Of a stretch of 64,000 bases of DNA, positions 31,057 through 41,330 are shown piece after piece. The stretch's first letter is position 1, and the number at the start of each line of letters is the position of its first letter. This DNA comes from Acidimicrobiales bacterium (GTDB taxonomy: Bacteria; Actinomycetota; Acidimicrobiia; Acidimicrobiales; Bin134). The position numbers and the translations under genes were made by a program. The notes beneath the pieces are model-generated. The model was not told where the DNA came from, searched no databases, and saw nothing but the letters and a program-made list of their open reading frames with translations. The stretch lies in NCBI GenBank assembly GCA_963663255.1, contig OY760141.1, forward strand, positions 1,823,584-1,887,583, in the 5' to 3' direction.

Positions 31057-32267
31057 TCGACCCCCACGCGGGCCATTGCCGAGCGAAGGCCCAGGGTCAG
31101 GATTCCGGTTAGGCCAGCGACCCCGGCAAGCAGCACAAGCCCGGCGCCGAAACCACCGATGTCGGCGAGAACGCCGAACAAAATCGGTCCGGTTACGCCA
31201 CCGGCCTCACCAACGGTGAAGAACAACCCACCGGCCGCTCCCATATTTCGCTGCGCTACGCCGGGGAGCTGCATCATCACCACAAGGGCAATCGGAACTG
31301 CCAGCCCCCTGCTTATGCCGATGACGGCCAAACCGGCCAAGGTGGCCGCCTTGACGTCCAGATAGAGCAGAATGGAGGCGACGGCGAACACGGCATAAAC
31401 CCATGCCATGACCGCGATCCGACCGTTTTCTGGGATCAGGCGCGGCCCAAGCAGCGCACCGACGATGCTGAGGGCAGTGACCGCACCAGCCAGGTAGCCC
31501 GCTGCTGAACTGGAGAATCCCCGGTCTTCGATCACGGTTGGCAGCCATCCATTGAGGGCGTGGTTGAAGAAGAACATGCCAAGGGCCACGATCAGCATGA
31601 GCTGAACGGCCCGATGGCGCAACAGGCCCCTGGCGCCAGAGAAGCCGTGGTCGGGATTGGCATCGCGGTCCACTCCAGGAGCGAGCTTCTCTCCGGCGGA
31701 AGCAGCAACCAACCAGACAGCGATGATCGCCACGGTGATGAGGGCGTAAACCATGAGCGTCGCCCGCCAGCTCTGGTCGAATGCCGGCATGAGGAGGCTG
31801 TTGGCGGTAACCAGGGGCAAGACTCCGCCGATTGCCGGCGCAGACATGGTGATCCCCATGGCAAGCGCTCTCTCCTCCTCGTCGAACCACACGCTGATCA
31901 ACTTGGGGGCACCCACCGAAACCAGCGGCCCGCCGAGGCCAAACAATGCCACCGAGCCAAACATGCCGATGAAGTTGGTGACGACCGGGCGTAGCAGGGC
32001 GGAGGCGGAGATGATCACGGTGGCGATTCCCAGCGAGCGGCGCAGTCCGAGCCGATCGACAAGTGCTCCAGCTGGCATCGCCGCAACGAGAAACACCAGA
32101 GGCCAAGCACCCAGAATCGTGCCCATTGCCCCTTTGCTCAGATCCAAGTCTTCTCGGATCACGTTTACCAGCGGAGTCATGCCGAATACCGCTATTCCGA
32201 AGGAGAAGTACACCAGCCACAGTGCCCCCAGCATCACCCAGCGATAGGGATGGCGGTGGTGGAACAC
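31053..32267 (-). CDS. MFS transporter (CynX-like)
   Basis: About 12 TM segments, [11 protein letters not shown] motif A. Confidence 0.88.
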   Translation of the reverse strand: MFHHRHPYRWVMLGALWLVYFSFGIAVFGMTPLVNVIREDLDLSKGAMGTILGAWPLVFLVAAMPAGALVDRLGLRRSLGIATVIISASALLRPVVTNFIGMFGSVALFGLGGPLVSVGAPKLISVWFDEEERALAMGITMSAPAIGGVLPLVTANSLLMPAFDQSWRATLMVYALITVAIIAVWLVAASAGEKLAPGVDRDANPDHGFSGARGLLRHRAVQLMLIVALGMFFFNHALNGWLPTVIEDRGFSSSAAGYLAGAVTALSIVGALLGPRLIPENGRIAVMAWVYAVFAVASILLYLDVKAATLAGLAVIGISRGLAVPIALVVMMQLPGVAQRNMGAAGGLFFTVGEAGGVTGPILFGVLADIGGFGAGLVLLAGVAGLTGILTLGLRSAMARVGVD

Positions 32268-32314
32268 GTCGGCAACGTATCAACCTGCCGCAGTCGATCT
32301 GTCATGCTGGCTCG

Positions 32315-33028
32315 ATGGGATTAGCAGTTGTAACCGGTGCGGGACAGGGGCTCGGGCGGGCGATCTCCAAGCGCCTGACCGCCGATGGACACCAGATCGT
32401 GGCGGTGGATCAGAATCCGAAAACCGCCTCGGCCACCGCAGAAGAGCTCGGCGGCCATTGGCGGCAGTGCGATGTCTCCGACCCTGAATCAGTGGCCGCT
32501 TTGGCCAAGTCGCTAGATCATGTGGACGTGCTGGTGAACAACGCCGGCATCTGGATCTTCGCCAAGCTGGACACCATGACCCCAGAAGACGTGCGCCGGG
32601 TGTTGGAGGTAAACGTGATGGGGGTATTCAACTGCACGCAGGCGTTGGCCCCCCTGATGGGACCGGGTTCGGCCATTGTCAACCTCTCGTCGAATGCGGC
32701 CAATTCCAACTCCCCGGGAGTGGGTATCTACCCGCCGTCCAAGGCCGCGGTGGAGAGCTTCACCAAACAGACCTCTCTGGAGCTGGCCCCTCGGGGCATC
32801 CGGGCCAACGCCGTCGGCCCGGGAATGATCCAAACCGAGGGAACCCAGGTCAACTACGAGGGCGAAATGGGCGAACGACGGGCCCGGGCGGTGCCGCTGG
32901 GTAGAACTGGTCGACCCGACGACATTGCCGATGTAGTGGGTTTCTTGGCCTCCAACGACGCCCGTTACGTAACCGGCCAGGTCATTTACGTCGACGGAGG
33001 ACTCAGCGCGGGCCGAGCGGCGCTTTAG
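32315..33028 (+). CDS. SDR family oxidoreductase
   Basis: TGAGQGLG, NNAG, YPPSK, TGQVIYVDGG. Confidence 0.9.
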   Translation: MGLAVVTGAGQGLGRAISKRLTADGHQIVAVDQNPKTASATAEELGGHWRQCDVSDPESVAALAKSLDHVDVLVNNAGIWIFAKLDTMTPEDVRRVLEVNVMGVFNCTQALAPLMGPGSAIVNLSSNAANSNSPGVGIYPPSKAAVESFTKQTSLELAPRGIRANAVGPGMIQTEGTQVNYEGEMGERRARAVPLGRTGRPDDIADVVGFLASNDARYVTGQVIYVDGGLSAGRAAL

Positions 33029-33059
33029 CCGTAGCTTGCCCTGAATGCCCCCTCCGCGT

Positions 33060-33078
33060 CCTCGACTCCGCGTCGAGG
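33060..33078. terminator. Hairpin between convergent genes
   Basis: CCTCGAC-tccgc-GTCGAGG, no U-tract. Confidence 0.45.
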
Positions 33079-33084
33079 CAAGCG

Positions 33085-34263
33085 TCACCAGTTGCTGGAC
33101 TCCTCTGCGTGGACATGATCGGGCAAGTGATAGGTGATGCCGTCATCGTGGTACCAGGATCCCGACAAAAGTGTAGTGAAGTTTGAAATGTTGCTCTTGC
33201 GTGCGATCTTGGGGAGGAACCGCAAAGTGAAACGGTCGTACCTGGCCTGTAAGCGGAACCAAGGAAACACGCCGAAGGTGGACTGCTCGGGATATTTCAA
33301 CTGATTGGACAGTGTGTCTCCGATGAGCGCCCGCGACACCTTGTAGACGTACTGCGACAATTTCCGTCCCTCGACTGGGTCGTCTATACCAACAACCAGG
33401 GGTGCCGAGTTGACCAGCGAGTTGGCCAGAACGACAGATGAAGCGCTGGGCTCTGGCTCGCACATGGTGCCAATCTCATACAGCTTCAATGCATCTTCTT
33501 CGCCATGGAAGAGGATCGACTCAGGAATCCCCATGAGAAGCCCCGAGTAGCGCCACGTCGCCATGAAACTCGCCGCCTCTTCCTCACTGAAGTTTGCTCC
33601 CAGGCTCCTCATGTGCTTTAGCAGCCGTGCGGAGAACGCGGTGATGGCGTAGCCATTGTGGGCTGCGCTCAACGGGACGCCCAAGGCGTCCTCGTCCCAC
33701 TCTTCAGAGTTCTTGAGCAAGTACCTGACTTGGGCATGGACAAGGCGGATCCGAAAAGAGAGCCTCCATCCGTCTCCGCGGGGCGCCATGCCGCCGGGAA
33801 GGAAGAGTTCCACCATATGGCGGTTGTTCTGCTGAAGGCGCCGCACACCCTGGTCGCGCAGTTTGCCGGTAATGAAGAACGACTCGCTGATGTTGGTGGA
33901 GAAGCCTTCTATCAGAACTCCGGCCAGCATTCCTGCCACAACCATCTTTCGGTTCCGATGGAACATGTGGATGCCGGCAGTAAGTGCAGGAAGATCGAGC
34001 CAATCTGGTGGCGTCAAGACCTCTTCAAAGAGTGCATGGACCTCCTTGGGCGCGTCAGGAGGATCATTCCCATCGGGGACACTCATGTAGGCCGAGATGA
34101 GATGGTTGGATTCCGAGCGCTTCAACTTGGAGAGAGCCTCGACGGCGGCATCAGCCAATGGGTCGCCGATCATGGTGTGAGCGAGGTAGTTCTCGGCCAT
34201 CTCCGGGGAGAGGGCGCGGGCGCGCGTGTATCCGGGGTTGCCATAATCGGTGGGAATCTTCAT
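33085..34263 (-). CDS. MpaB/Lcp-like heme oxygenase (DUF2236)
   Basis: GDPLADAAV, PPDWLD, RIRLVHAQVR (Lcp heme-His motif), WD...GVPL. Confidence 0.82.
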   Translation of the reverse strand: MKIPTDYGNPGYTRARALSPEMAENYLAHTMIGDPLADAAVEALSKLKRSESNHLISAYMSVPDGNDPPDAPKEVHALFEEVLTPPDWLDLPALTAGIHMFHRNRKMVVAGMLAGVLIEGFSTNISESFFITGKLRDQGVRRLQQNNRHMVELFLPGGMAPRGDGWRLSFRIRLVHAQVRYLLKNSEEWDEDALGVPLSAAHNGYAITAFSARLLKHMRSLGANFSEEEAASFMATWRYSGLLMGIPESILFHGEEDALKLYEIGTMCEPEPSASSVVLANSLVNSAPLVVGIDDPVEGRKLSQYVYKVSRALIGDTLSNQLKYPEQSTFGVFPWFRLQARYDRFTLRFLPKIARKSNISNFTTLLSGSWYHDDGITYHLPDHVHAEESSNW

Positions 34264-34572
34264 AGACTCGTCACGGTCACTTCAGGGCTAAAGCTGTCCG
34301 GCGAAAAAATTCTGGCGGGCGATGATAGTCGAGTCTACTTGCAGGGGAGAGTGTGCCATACCACTCATGCAGTCGAACCTCACATCACTCAGAAAATACA
34401 CCACCGTCGCCTCCGCGCTGGCGAACCAAGTGAACCGCGGCCACGATCGGCAACTGGGCTGAGTCTGGCCATCTGGCGTTCGCACAGGTCGGGGCCGATC
34501 CGCCTAGTTGGGTTCAATCTCATTGGAAATGGCCTCAGTAATGACCCCGCAGGACAATGGCCGGTAGGATGT

Positions 34573-34586
34573 TAGAACAAGTTCTA
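34573..34586. promoter_or_regulatory. KstR-type operator palindrome
   Basis: TAGAACAAGTTCTA is a full match to TnnAACnnGTTnnA, 2 nt after a TAGGAT -10 (34565-34570). Confidence 0.7.
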
Positions 34587-34604
34587 TCCATAGGGACCGA
34601 ATTC

Positions 34605-35774
34605 ATGCGGATGCCACATTCGTACATTGAAGGCTATGAGCGGGCCAAGGCGGTGGATCCGGCTCTCGCAGACGCCTACGTCAAGAACACCCTTGTCGGC
34701 GACCCACTGGCGGATGCAGCCATGGAAGCTCTGGCCGACTTCAGCCAGGGGCAATCACATCGTCTCATAGAGGCGGGGATGAATGGGGACGAGGAGACGA
34801 TGCGAGAGGCCCCGGAGGCTCTACGAGTGTTCTTCCGCGAACTCGATAACCCGCCGCCGTTCGAGTTCGACCCGCAGAAGGCCGCAGTGGGCACCCGCGT
34901 CTTCTACAAGTACGCGGACCTCTTCCTTGTCGGGCTTCTGCTGGAATCGATCTTCGCCGACATTACCAAGGGGCAGAGCAAGGTGCTCTACACCACGGGC
35001 CGCATGGTGGGAAATCTCCGCCGGGTCAAGCAGAACACCCGGCATCTCCTGGAGATCACCTTGCCCGGTGGGATGGACCGCTACGGCGACGGATGGAAGC
35101 TGACGGTCCGAATTAGAATGATCCACGCACAAGTCCGGAAGATGTTGCTCGATTCGGGCGAATGGGACGTTCCCGACGAAGGACTCCCGCTGCACATGGG
35201 GCACATGGCACTGGGGGCCACTGCATTCTCTGCCACACAACTCCAGTCGGCGCGGAAACTGGGGGTTCCGTTGACCGAGGAGGAGAGCGCTGGTTTCATG
35301 CACATCTGGCATTACGTCACCTGGCTGCTCGGTGTGCCCGAGGAACTGCTTTTCGCGACCGAAAAGGAGGCCAATTACAAGCGGAAGATCGCCCACATGT
35401 GCGAGGAACCGCCCGGTGAGATGGCGACCGAAGTGGCCCACGGCTACATCTCTGCTGTTCCCGATATGATCGGCATTACCGAGCCGGCCAAGCGGAAGAG
35501 GCTGATGAGCACTCTGTACCGCACCTCGCGAGCGTTGATGGGGAACGAGTTGGCCGACATGCTCGAGTTTCCGAAGCAGTCGACATTCGGCGCCCTGGCG
35601 CTTGTTCGGACGCAACGAAGAGCCAAGATCCTCTACTCGAAGATCGTGCCAGGAGCGTCATCGCACGAATTCAACAATTTCTCCGAATTGCTGCAACGAT
35701 CAGTTTACGACCACTCCGGCATCAACTACCGCATGCCGGATGCAATCAAGGACTCGGCGTCTACTCCGTGGTGA
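34605..35774 (+). CDS. MpaB/Lcp-like heme oxygenase (DUF2236), paralog of the divergent gene
   Basis: GDPLADAAM, RIRMIHAQVR, EWD..DEGLPL; colinear similarity with 33085-34263. Confidence 0.82.
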   Translation: MRMPHSYIEGYERAKAVDPALADAYVKNTLVGDPLADAAMEALADFSQGQSHRLIEAGMNGDEETMREAPEALRVFFRELDNPPPFEFDPQKAAVGTRVFYKYADLFLVGLLLESIFADITKGQSKVLYTTGRMVGNLRRVKQNTRHLLEITLPGGMDRYGDGWKLTVRIRMIHAQVRKMLLDSGEWDVPDEGLPLHMGHMALGATAFSATQLQSARKLGVPLTEEESAGFMHIWHYVTWLLGVPEELLFATEKEANYKRKIAHMCEEPPGEMATEVAHGYISAVPDMIGITEPAKRKRLMSTLYRTSRALMGNELADMLEFPKQSTFGALALVRTQRRAKILYSKIVPGASSHEFNNFSELLQRSVYDHSGINYRMPDAIKDSASTPW

Positions 35775-35787
35775 CGTGCTGAAGTCT

Positions 35788-35816
35788 TGAGCCTCCCGAG
35801 GTCCTCGGAAGGCTCA
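35788..35816. terminator. Hairpin between convergent genes
   Basis: TGAGCCT-c-CCGAG-gtc-CTCGG-a-AGGCTCA. Confidence 0.6.
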
Positions 35817-35824
35817 GATTGCTG

Positions 35825-38278
35825 TCAGCCTGCTTGGCGTGCCCGGCGGTGGTGCCGCGACCACAGCACGAGCAGCGGCGGCAGCACGGTGAACGTGGAG
35901 ATGAGCGTCAGCAGAATCGTTGCTGACGTGAGCACGCCCAATTCCTGAACCGGCCGTAGAGGGGAGAACAGCAGGACGAGGAGTCCGAGAGCGGTGGTAA
36001 GAGCGCTTGCTACCAGCGCTCCGCCGGTTGTGGTCATGGCCTGCGTCAGGGCATGGGTGGAGTCATTGGATTCTTGCTCGGCGTGGATGAACCGGTGTGT
36101 GAGATGGATGGTGTAGTCCACGCCGATCCCGATGGTCAGAGCCACAACCAAGGCCGTGAGCACGTTGTATGAGATCCCGAGAATCCACATGGCCGCCAGT
36201 AGCCAGGAAACGACCATCGCGATGGGAAGCATGCAGAACAGTCCGAGAGTTGGGCGGCGTGCGCTGAAGCCGAAGTAGAGCAGCAGAATCGCCAAGGCCG
36301 CGGCAATAGTCAATGGAATAGTGACCGTTTGGCTGCGCCCCAACTCTGAGTTGATGAGAGCAGAAAGGGTCTCACCGCCCGTGGCTGTGGTCTGCGAGCC
36401 GTCACCACCCCAGAGGTCATCGAGCTCGTCGAGTAGCTGCGGGAGGAGTGTGGCGCTGTTTGCCGCGACCGGGATTTGGAGAATGGTGCGATCGGGGCCA
36501 TCTGGGCGTAGGTCCATGACCGTCGCGAAGCTTTCTGGGTCGGTCTCCTCCAGAAGTGCCCACGCCTGGCGAGCCTGATCGTCGGTAGCCAAGGAGCCGG
36601 GGCTCAGGTCGGCGAATGCGGCCGCAATGGCCGGGTCGTGCTTGTCACCTGGTTGCCCGCTCATGGTGGACCAGTCGGCGAGCAGCGTCACCGCTGAGGC
36701 GATGGGAGGCCCGACGATGCCCTCCGGGCGCGAGTCAGGAGAGCTCAGGGCCGCAGAGTAGTCGAGCAGGTGCCGGGTGGAAGCGGCGGTGTCGAGGTCG
36801 GCCTCCACGAGGATCGTGACCGTCGAGGCGTCCGCACCGAAGTTGTCCTCGATAAATATGATCGTCTCAAGCACGTTGGAGTCGCGGGGGAGGAAATGAT
36901 TTGGATCGGTAGTCGTATCGATGTTTGTTGCCCCGATGACTGCCAGGATTGTCACCACGACGGCACCGCCCAACACCGTCAGCGGGCGACGCGCGATCGC
37001 CCTCGCGGCGAGGGAGAGGGCCGCTCCGGTGCCCGGAACGGTATCGGCGACGGGCATGGTGGCCAGCTGACGGCCCTTGGCTGCGCGCCTGCGGTCCACC
37101 AGCAGCCGGGCGGCCGGCACAAAGCTGGTCATCACAATCCAACCCGAGGCGACTCCAATGGCGGCGAGGAGGCCGAAGTCGGCTACCGGCTCAAACCTGC
37201 TCGTGAGGTTCATGAGAAGGCTGACCGCAGTCGTGCCTGCCGCGAGCAGCACCGGCACCCCAGATGCCTTGACGGCGTGGCCGATGGACCGGCCGGTCGC
37301 ACCCTCGCCCGGTTCGGATCCTTCGTGTGCCAGCGCCTCCCGGTAGCGACTCGTGATTTGAAGCGCATAGTCCACGCTTAAGCTGATGAGAAGGACCAGT
37401 ACAATCGGGACGAAGATATTGCCGGGGTCGAGGATGTCAGCGCCACCGGGCGACAACCACGCCTGAGCGCCGAGGGTCCACGCCAGGGTGATACCGAGGC
37501 CGATCATCGTGATGTGGACATCCGACTGGGTGCGGTAGAAGACGGTGAGTAGAAAGCCGATAACCACCAGTGCTATGACGGTCAGCAACGGAGTGCTGAC
37601 ATCGTTGACGTCGGCGACCTCCTTGGCTTTCTCCGCTGGGCTTACAGCCGCGACTTCCAGGGAACCCAGGCTTGCGGAGTCCACGATTTCGTGGATTCGC
37701 AGCTGGGCGTCTCGCAGACCGACGTCGTCGCCGGTGTCTTTGAGGGAGATCAGTGATAAGCCAGCAAGCGGTGTTCCAGCAGCGTCGCGGGGGACGATCT
37801 TCTCGAGCAGGTCATTGGCGACGGCAAGCTCTGGAGAAGTGGCCATGATGCGGACGACAGCATCGATGTCAGCGTCGGAAGCGGCGGAGGGGTCCAGGCC
37901 CAGCGCAAGCAGTACCGGCTCGATGGTTTGTACATACCCGGCCATGGGTTGATCCGCCAGGAAAGGAGCGACCTTGGGATCGCTCAAAATCCTTGCCTGA
38001 AGTCCTCTGGCTTCCTGGAAGGCCTCTGCGTCGAGAACGTCTCCCTTGGCGAGGAGTTGGACGGTCCGGATGTCCGCAGAGCCCGGAAAGCTCTCCCCAA
38101 CGGCGTCAAGGGCCTTGGCCAACTCGCTGCCAGACGGCAAGAAGGCGCCAATAGGGTCGGGAACCTCGGGGGTGTCTTGGACGAGGAAGCCGGATAGCAG
38201 AAGGATTGTGGCGGCGACGATGCTCGCGACCACCAGTCGCGGAGACTTCTGAATCCTCTGGGCCTGCCAGTTGGACAT
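35825..38278 (-). CDS. MMPL/RND family transporter
   Basis: Duplicated architecture, LSVDYALQI and IGIGVDYTIH motifs, 817 aa. Confidence 0.88.
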   Translation of the reverse strand: MSNWQAQRIQKSPRLVVASIVAATILLLSGFLVQDTPEVPDPIGAFLPSGSELAKALDAVGESFPGSADIRTVQLLAKGDVLDAEAFQEARGLQARILSDPKVAPFLADQPMAGYVQTIEPVLLALGLDPSAASDADIDAVVRIMATSPELAVANDLLEKIVPRDAAGTPLAGLSLISLKDTGDDVGLRDAQLRIHEIVDSASLGSLEVAAVSPAEKAKEVADVNDVSTPLLTVIALVVIGFLLTVFYRTQSDVHITMIGLGITLAWTLGAQAWLSPGGADILDPGNIFVPIVLVLLISLSVDYALQITSRYREALAHEGSEPGEGATGRSIGHAVKASGVPVLLAAGTTAVSLLMNLTSRFEPVADFGLLAAIGVASGWIVMTSFVPAARLLVDRRRAAKGRQLATMPVADTVPGTGAALSLAARAIARRPLTVLGGAVVVTILAVIGATNIDTTTDPNHFLPRDSNVLETIIFIEDNFGADASTVTILVEADLDTAASTRHLLDYSAALSSPDSRPEGIVGPPIASAVTLLADWSTMSGQPGDKHDPAIAAAFADLSPGSLATDDQARQAWALLEETDPESFATVMDLRPDGPDRTILQIPVAANSATLLPQLLDELDDLWGGDGSQTTATGGETLSALINSELGRSQTVTIPLTIAAALAILLLYFGFSARRPTLGLFCMLPIAMVVSWLLAAMWILGISYNVLTALVVALTIGIGVDYTIHLTHRFIHAEQESNDSTHALTQAMTTTGGALVASALTTALGLLVLLFSPLRPVQELGVLTSATILLTLISTFTVLPPLLVLWSRHHRRARQAG

Positions 38279-38478
38279 CGTCGAATCCTAGAACATCCGC
38301 AGAGTGTCCGATCTCACGTTACCTGGCGAATCTGAGCTGGGGTTCGCCACGGCCATGAGACGGTGCGGCACCCCTTTGTCTCGACGTAGGTGGCGAAGTC
38401 GGTGGGCAGGCTCTTCGCTCATGTGGCGCCCGCCTCATTACTCGTCGGCTTCGACAGCGCAACCCCTAGATTGATTGG

Positions 38479-39876
38479 GTGCGTTTAGCCCCTGAGAACC
38501 TCACAGCCACAAGGGAACACCCCTTCCTCAATGACAGGCTGGGCCGAGGCCCACAGATACAAGCCTTGTGCGGGCTAATAGAGAGCGTGTCCGACCATGC
38601 TGTCGTTTCACTCGACGGCCCCTGGGGATCAGGGAAGACCGCTTTCATGACCATGTGCTCGGCCGAGCTGCGCCGCAGGAAGGTCCGAGTAGTCGATTTC
38701 AACGCCTGGCAGCAGAGCCACACAAAAAGCCCAATAGTAGACTTGGTGTCCGCCATTGCCTATGAGCAGGGAGGCTCGTGGACCGACGACATCAAAAAGA
38801 CCCTCTTGGACGTGAGCCTGCATCTGGCCAAGATCGGCTCCCGGGGCCTCATCGACCGAGACGCAATCGAACCCAACAATCAGAAGGGCTTCGACACCTA
38901 GCGTGACGCCAACACCAAAGTGGAGGAGTTTAAGGCCGCGCTGCGACAAGCCTGCTCCCACGCAAACGACCTCGTGGCCGGACGGCTGGTGGTGCTCGTC
39001 GACGAACTGGACCGATGCCGGCCCGCCCACGCCCTGGACCTCATCGAGACAGTCCGCCACCTCTTCGCAGTTGAAGGCGTCGTGGTTGTACTTGCCGTCA
39101 ACCGAGAAGAGCTGTGCCATTCGATCCAAAGCCTGTATGGAGCGGATTTCGACGCAGACCGCTACCTTCGCCGCTTCGCGGACCTTGCCTGCATCCTTCC
39201 CCCCCCGACATCCGACCAAATGGCGGCATTCACGACCGAACTCCTCTCAGGACTTGGCCTCGATGGCCGTTTCTTCGCCGGGAGAACGCCCGACTACAGC
39301 CCGTCGATCCTGCAAAAGATCACAGACGGGTCACGCCATAACCTGCGAGACCTCCAACAAGCGCTCCACCTAGCGGCCGTGTCGCTAGATTCCCCCAAGA
39401 TCGCGGAAGGCTCCCCAACCGACAACTGGGGATCAAAGCAAAAGGCGGCGGCGCTGATCGTCCTCCGAACGCTCAGCCCCGCCGCCTACCGGAACCTGGC
39501 AAACGGGGACAGCGCCTTCGCGGCGGTCGCCGCCATGAACCGGGCACTCACCGATGACCCAGCCACTCTCGCGGACACCTCCACATGGGACACAGCCCAC
39601 GAGAAGCTCGAAGCCTCACTCCTCGCAGAAACCCTCAATGCGCTGATTGCGGGCCCACCAGGCCTCCGCGGGGAGGACTCCGCCCAAGACGCCTTTCACA
39701 AACGGTACGCAGGCGCCTTCGCCGCGGCATTCGACGGGACCGCCGCCGCCCTACAAGCCGCCGAATTCCGGGCCAAAGGAATCACATACGCAACTGGCAA
39801 GCGTCTCACAAACCAGACGTCGTCGACGATGCGGATAGACCAGCTCGTCGGGATAATAGACCTCACCGCCTACTAG
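38479..39876 (+). pseudogene. KAP family P-loop NTPase interrupted by one in-frame TAG (38899-38901)
   Basis: Walker A LDGPWGSGKT and FNAW in the 5' half; Walker B VVLVDELDRCRP and YLRRF in the 3' half; both halves in the same frame. Confidence 0.85.
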
Positions 39877-39947
39877 AACTGCTTACCCTCTACCATCACC
39901 CCGACCACAGAAAATACTCCGTAGCCTCACCCCCTAGCCCTCGAAGC

Positions 39948-40014
39948 TTCGCCTGCCATCTGAGATTTTCGCCACATTTTTGAGACCATTCGCCAAATTC
40001 CTGAGATTTCGCCA
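39948..40014. repeat. Subterminal direct repeats (TGAGA..TTCGCCA), about 20-bp period
   Basis: TTCGCC at 39948, 39968, 39989, 40008; inverted copies at 38324 and 38391. Confidence 0.85.
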
Positions 40015-40240
40015 ACTAGAACGAGATCGGACAAGAGGGACGAGGATGACCTGCTGCCCGATCCCCATAGCTTTACATAACATGTATTCTCAACGTTTAG
40101 GGAAGGAATCGAGTTATCTAAAAACATTGAAAATAGCTGTTGATATCTGAAAGAACAGTGAATATAGTGCTCTGACTGGCTTGAGTCAGAGCTATCGGCC
40201 CCACCGGCCCTTGTCGAGAAGCAATGAACGGAAGGGTTGT

Positions 40241-41326
40241 ATGGGTGCCGTCCACCGAATGTGGCTGGCCGCAACGTTGCTGTCGACGGCCTGCGCGAGC
40301 AACGGCGCCGATCTGACCGCGGCCTCTTCGCCAACTGCTTTGTCGGCGCCTGCCGCTGCGGTGCTGCTGACCGACCCAGGCCAGAAAGAGGCCCTCGAAT
40401 CGAAGGCCGCTCCATCTCGGGCGGTGCCGCCCGCCACCGGACTCGCCACAACCCCCGGGCCGGCGAAGCCATTGCCGGGAGCCACGGCCACCCCGACACC
40501 GGGGTTGCCCACGAATTGGACACTCAGCCCCCGCGCCAGTAGCGCCAGCTCTATGGATCCGGTAGTCAACCACTCACCCGGCCATTCCCATCCCGACCCT
40601 GCTGCCGATGAGTGGAGTTCGGAAGCTACGTGGCGGGACATTCCTCCTGGTGCCGACGATGAGGGCGGGACTAGCGATGGTGAATACCAGCTGCCGCCAC
40701 CGTCGCTGGAGAGCGCCTGGACAGAGGACTCTACCGGTGAGTACCAGGTGCTTCGGCCTGCTACCCGGGAGGAATTGGGCGGATTTCGCGTGGTCTCACC
40801 CCCCGCGGAGGCCTTGGGCTGGATGACCCGGTGCGTGAATCATCATGCAGACCCGCCGGCTTCCTCGCCATGGCCCCAGGATGTGCGCGCGTCGCAGGCC
40901 GTTTTGGGCTGCACCACCAGCGCAGGCTTGATGGAGCAGGCCATACAGCGTTACGGCGCAGAACGTGAGTGCGTGCAGCAGGCGTATTCCGACGACTACA
41001 GCGTGGTCGGCGGACAGGGGAACTCTTGGACGCAGTGCCCGACCATTGGAAATCCGACCCCGCTTGACGGGCGGCCATTCGCGGAAAAATGCCGCGACGT
41101 TGTGTTCCGGGGCCTGGTGCTCAAGGGGCAACCCCGGCTGGAGAGGATCGCCGCCGATACCTGTGAGCTATTCGAAGCCGATCTTGTTGCGCACCTCGCA
41201 GTTCCGGGAACAACCGAATTGTGTGCCGAGCACTGGGTGTTGAACGCCGTGCTCGATGCCGAGGCGCCGGGGGCGGTGCCCGGACTGCACCAGCACGTGG
41301 GGGTGAACACCAGTGGGACGTGCTGA
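40241..41326 (+). CDS. Putative lipoprotein with Pro/Thr-rich linker and Cys-rich C-terminal domain
   Basis: MWLAATLLSTA-C lipobox-like signal; GGAAGGG SD; several Cys in the distal half. Confidence 0.6.
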   Translation: MGAVHRMWLAATLLSTACASNGADLTAASSPTALSAPAAAVLLTDPGQKEALESKAAPSRAVPPATGLATTPGPAKPLPGATATPTPGLPTNWTLSPRASSASSMDPVVNHSPGHSHPDPAADEWSSEATWRDIPPGADDEGGTSDGEYQLPPPSLESAWTEDSTGEYQVLRPATREELGGFRVVSPPAEALGWMTRCVNHHADPPASSPWPQDVRASQAVLGCTTSAGLMEQAIQRYGAERECVQQAYSDDYSVVGGQGNSWTQCPTIGNPTPLDGRPFAEKCRDVVFRGLVLKGQPRLERIAADTCELFEADLVAHLAVPGTTELCAEHWVLNAVLDAEAPGAVPGLHQHVGVNTSGTC

Positions 41327-41330
41327 CCGC

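Larger units (their letters stand above)
38305..40033. mobile_element. Non-autonomous transposon cassette with IS21/Tn7-like ends carrying a KAP NTPase
   Basis: Inverted ends TGTCCGATCTC-N8-TGGCGAA (38305-38330) and TTCGCCA-N8-GAGATCGGACA (40008-40033); AGAG on both flanks (38301-38304, 40034-40037); no transposase inside. Confidence 0.82.

Noticed and set aside
34263-34337. Riboswitch or structured leader (TAGACTCG...CGAGTCTA inverted repeat)
   Set aside because: Only an 8-bp inverted repeat with no recognisable riboswitch consensus.
38899-38901. Pyrrolysine or amber recoding in the KAP gene
   Set aside because: TAG is a very common true stop in this window, no pyl genes are seen, and a TGG-to-TAG change is simpler.
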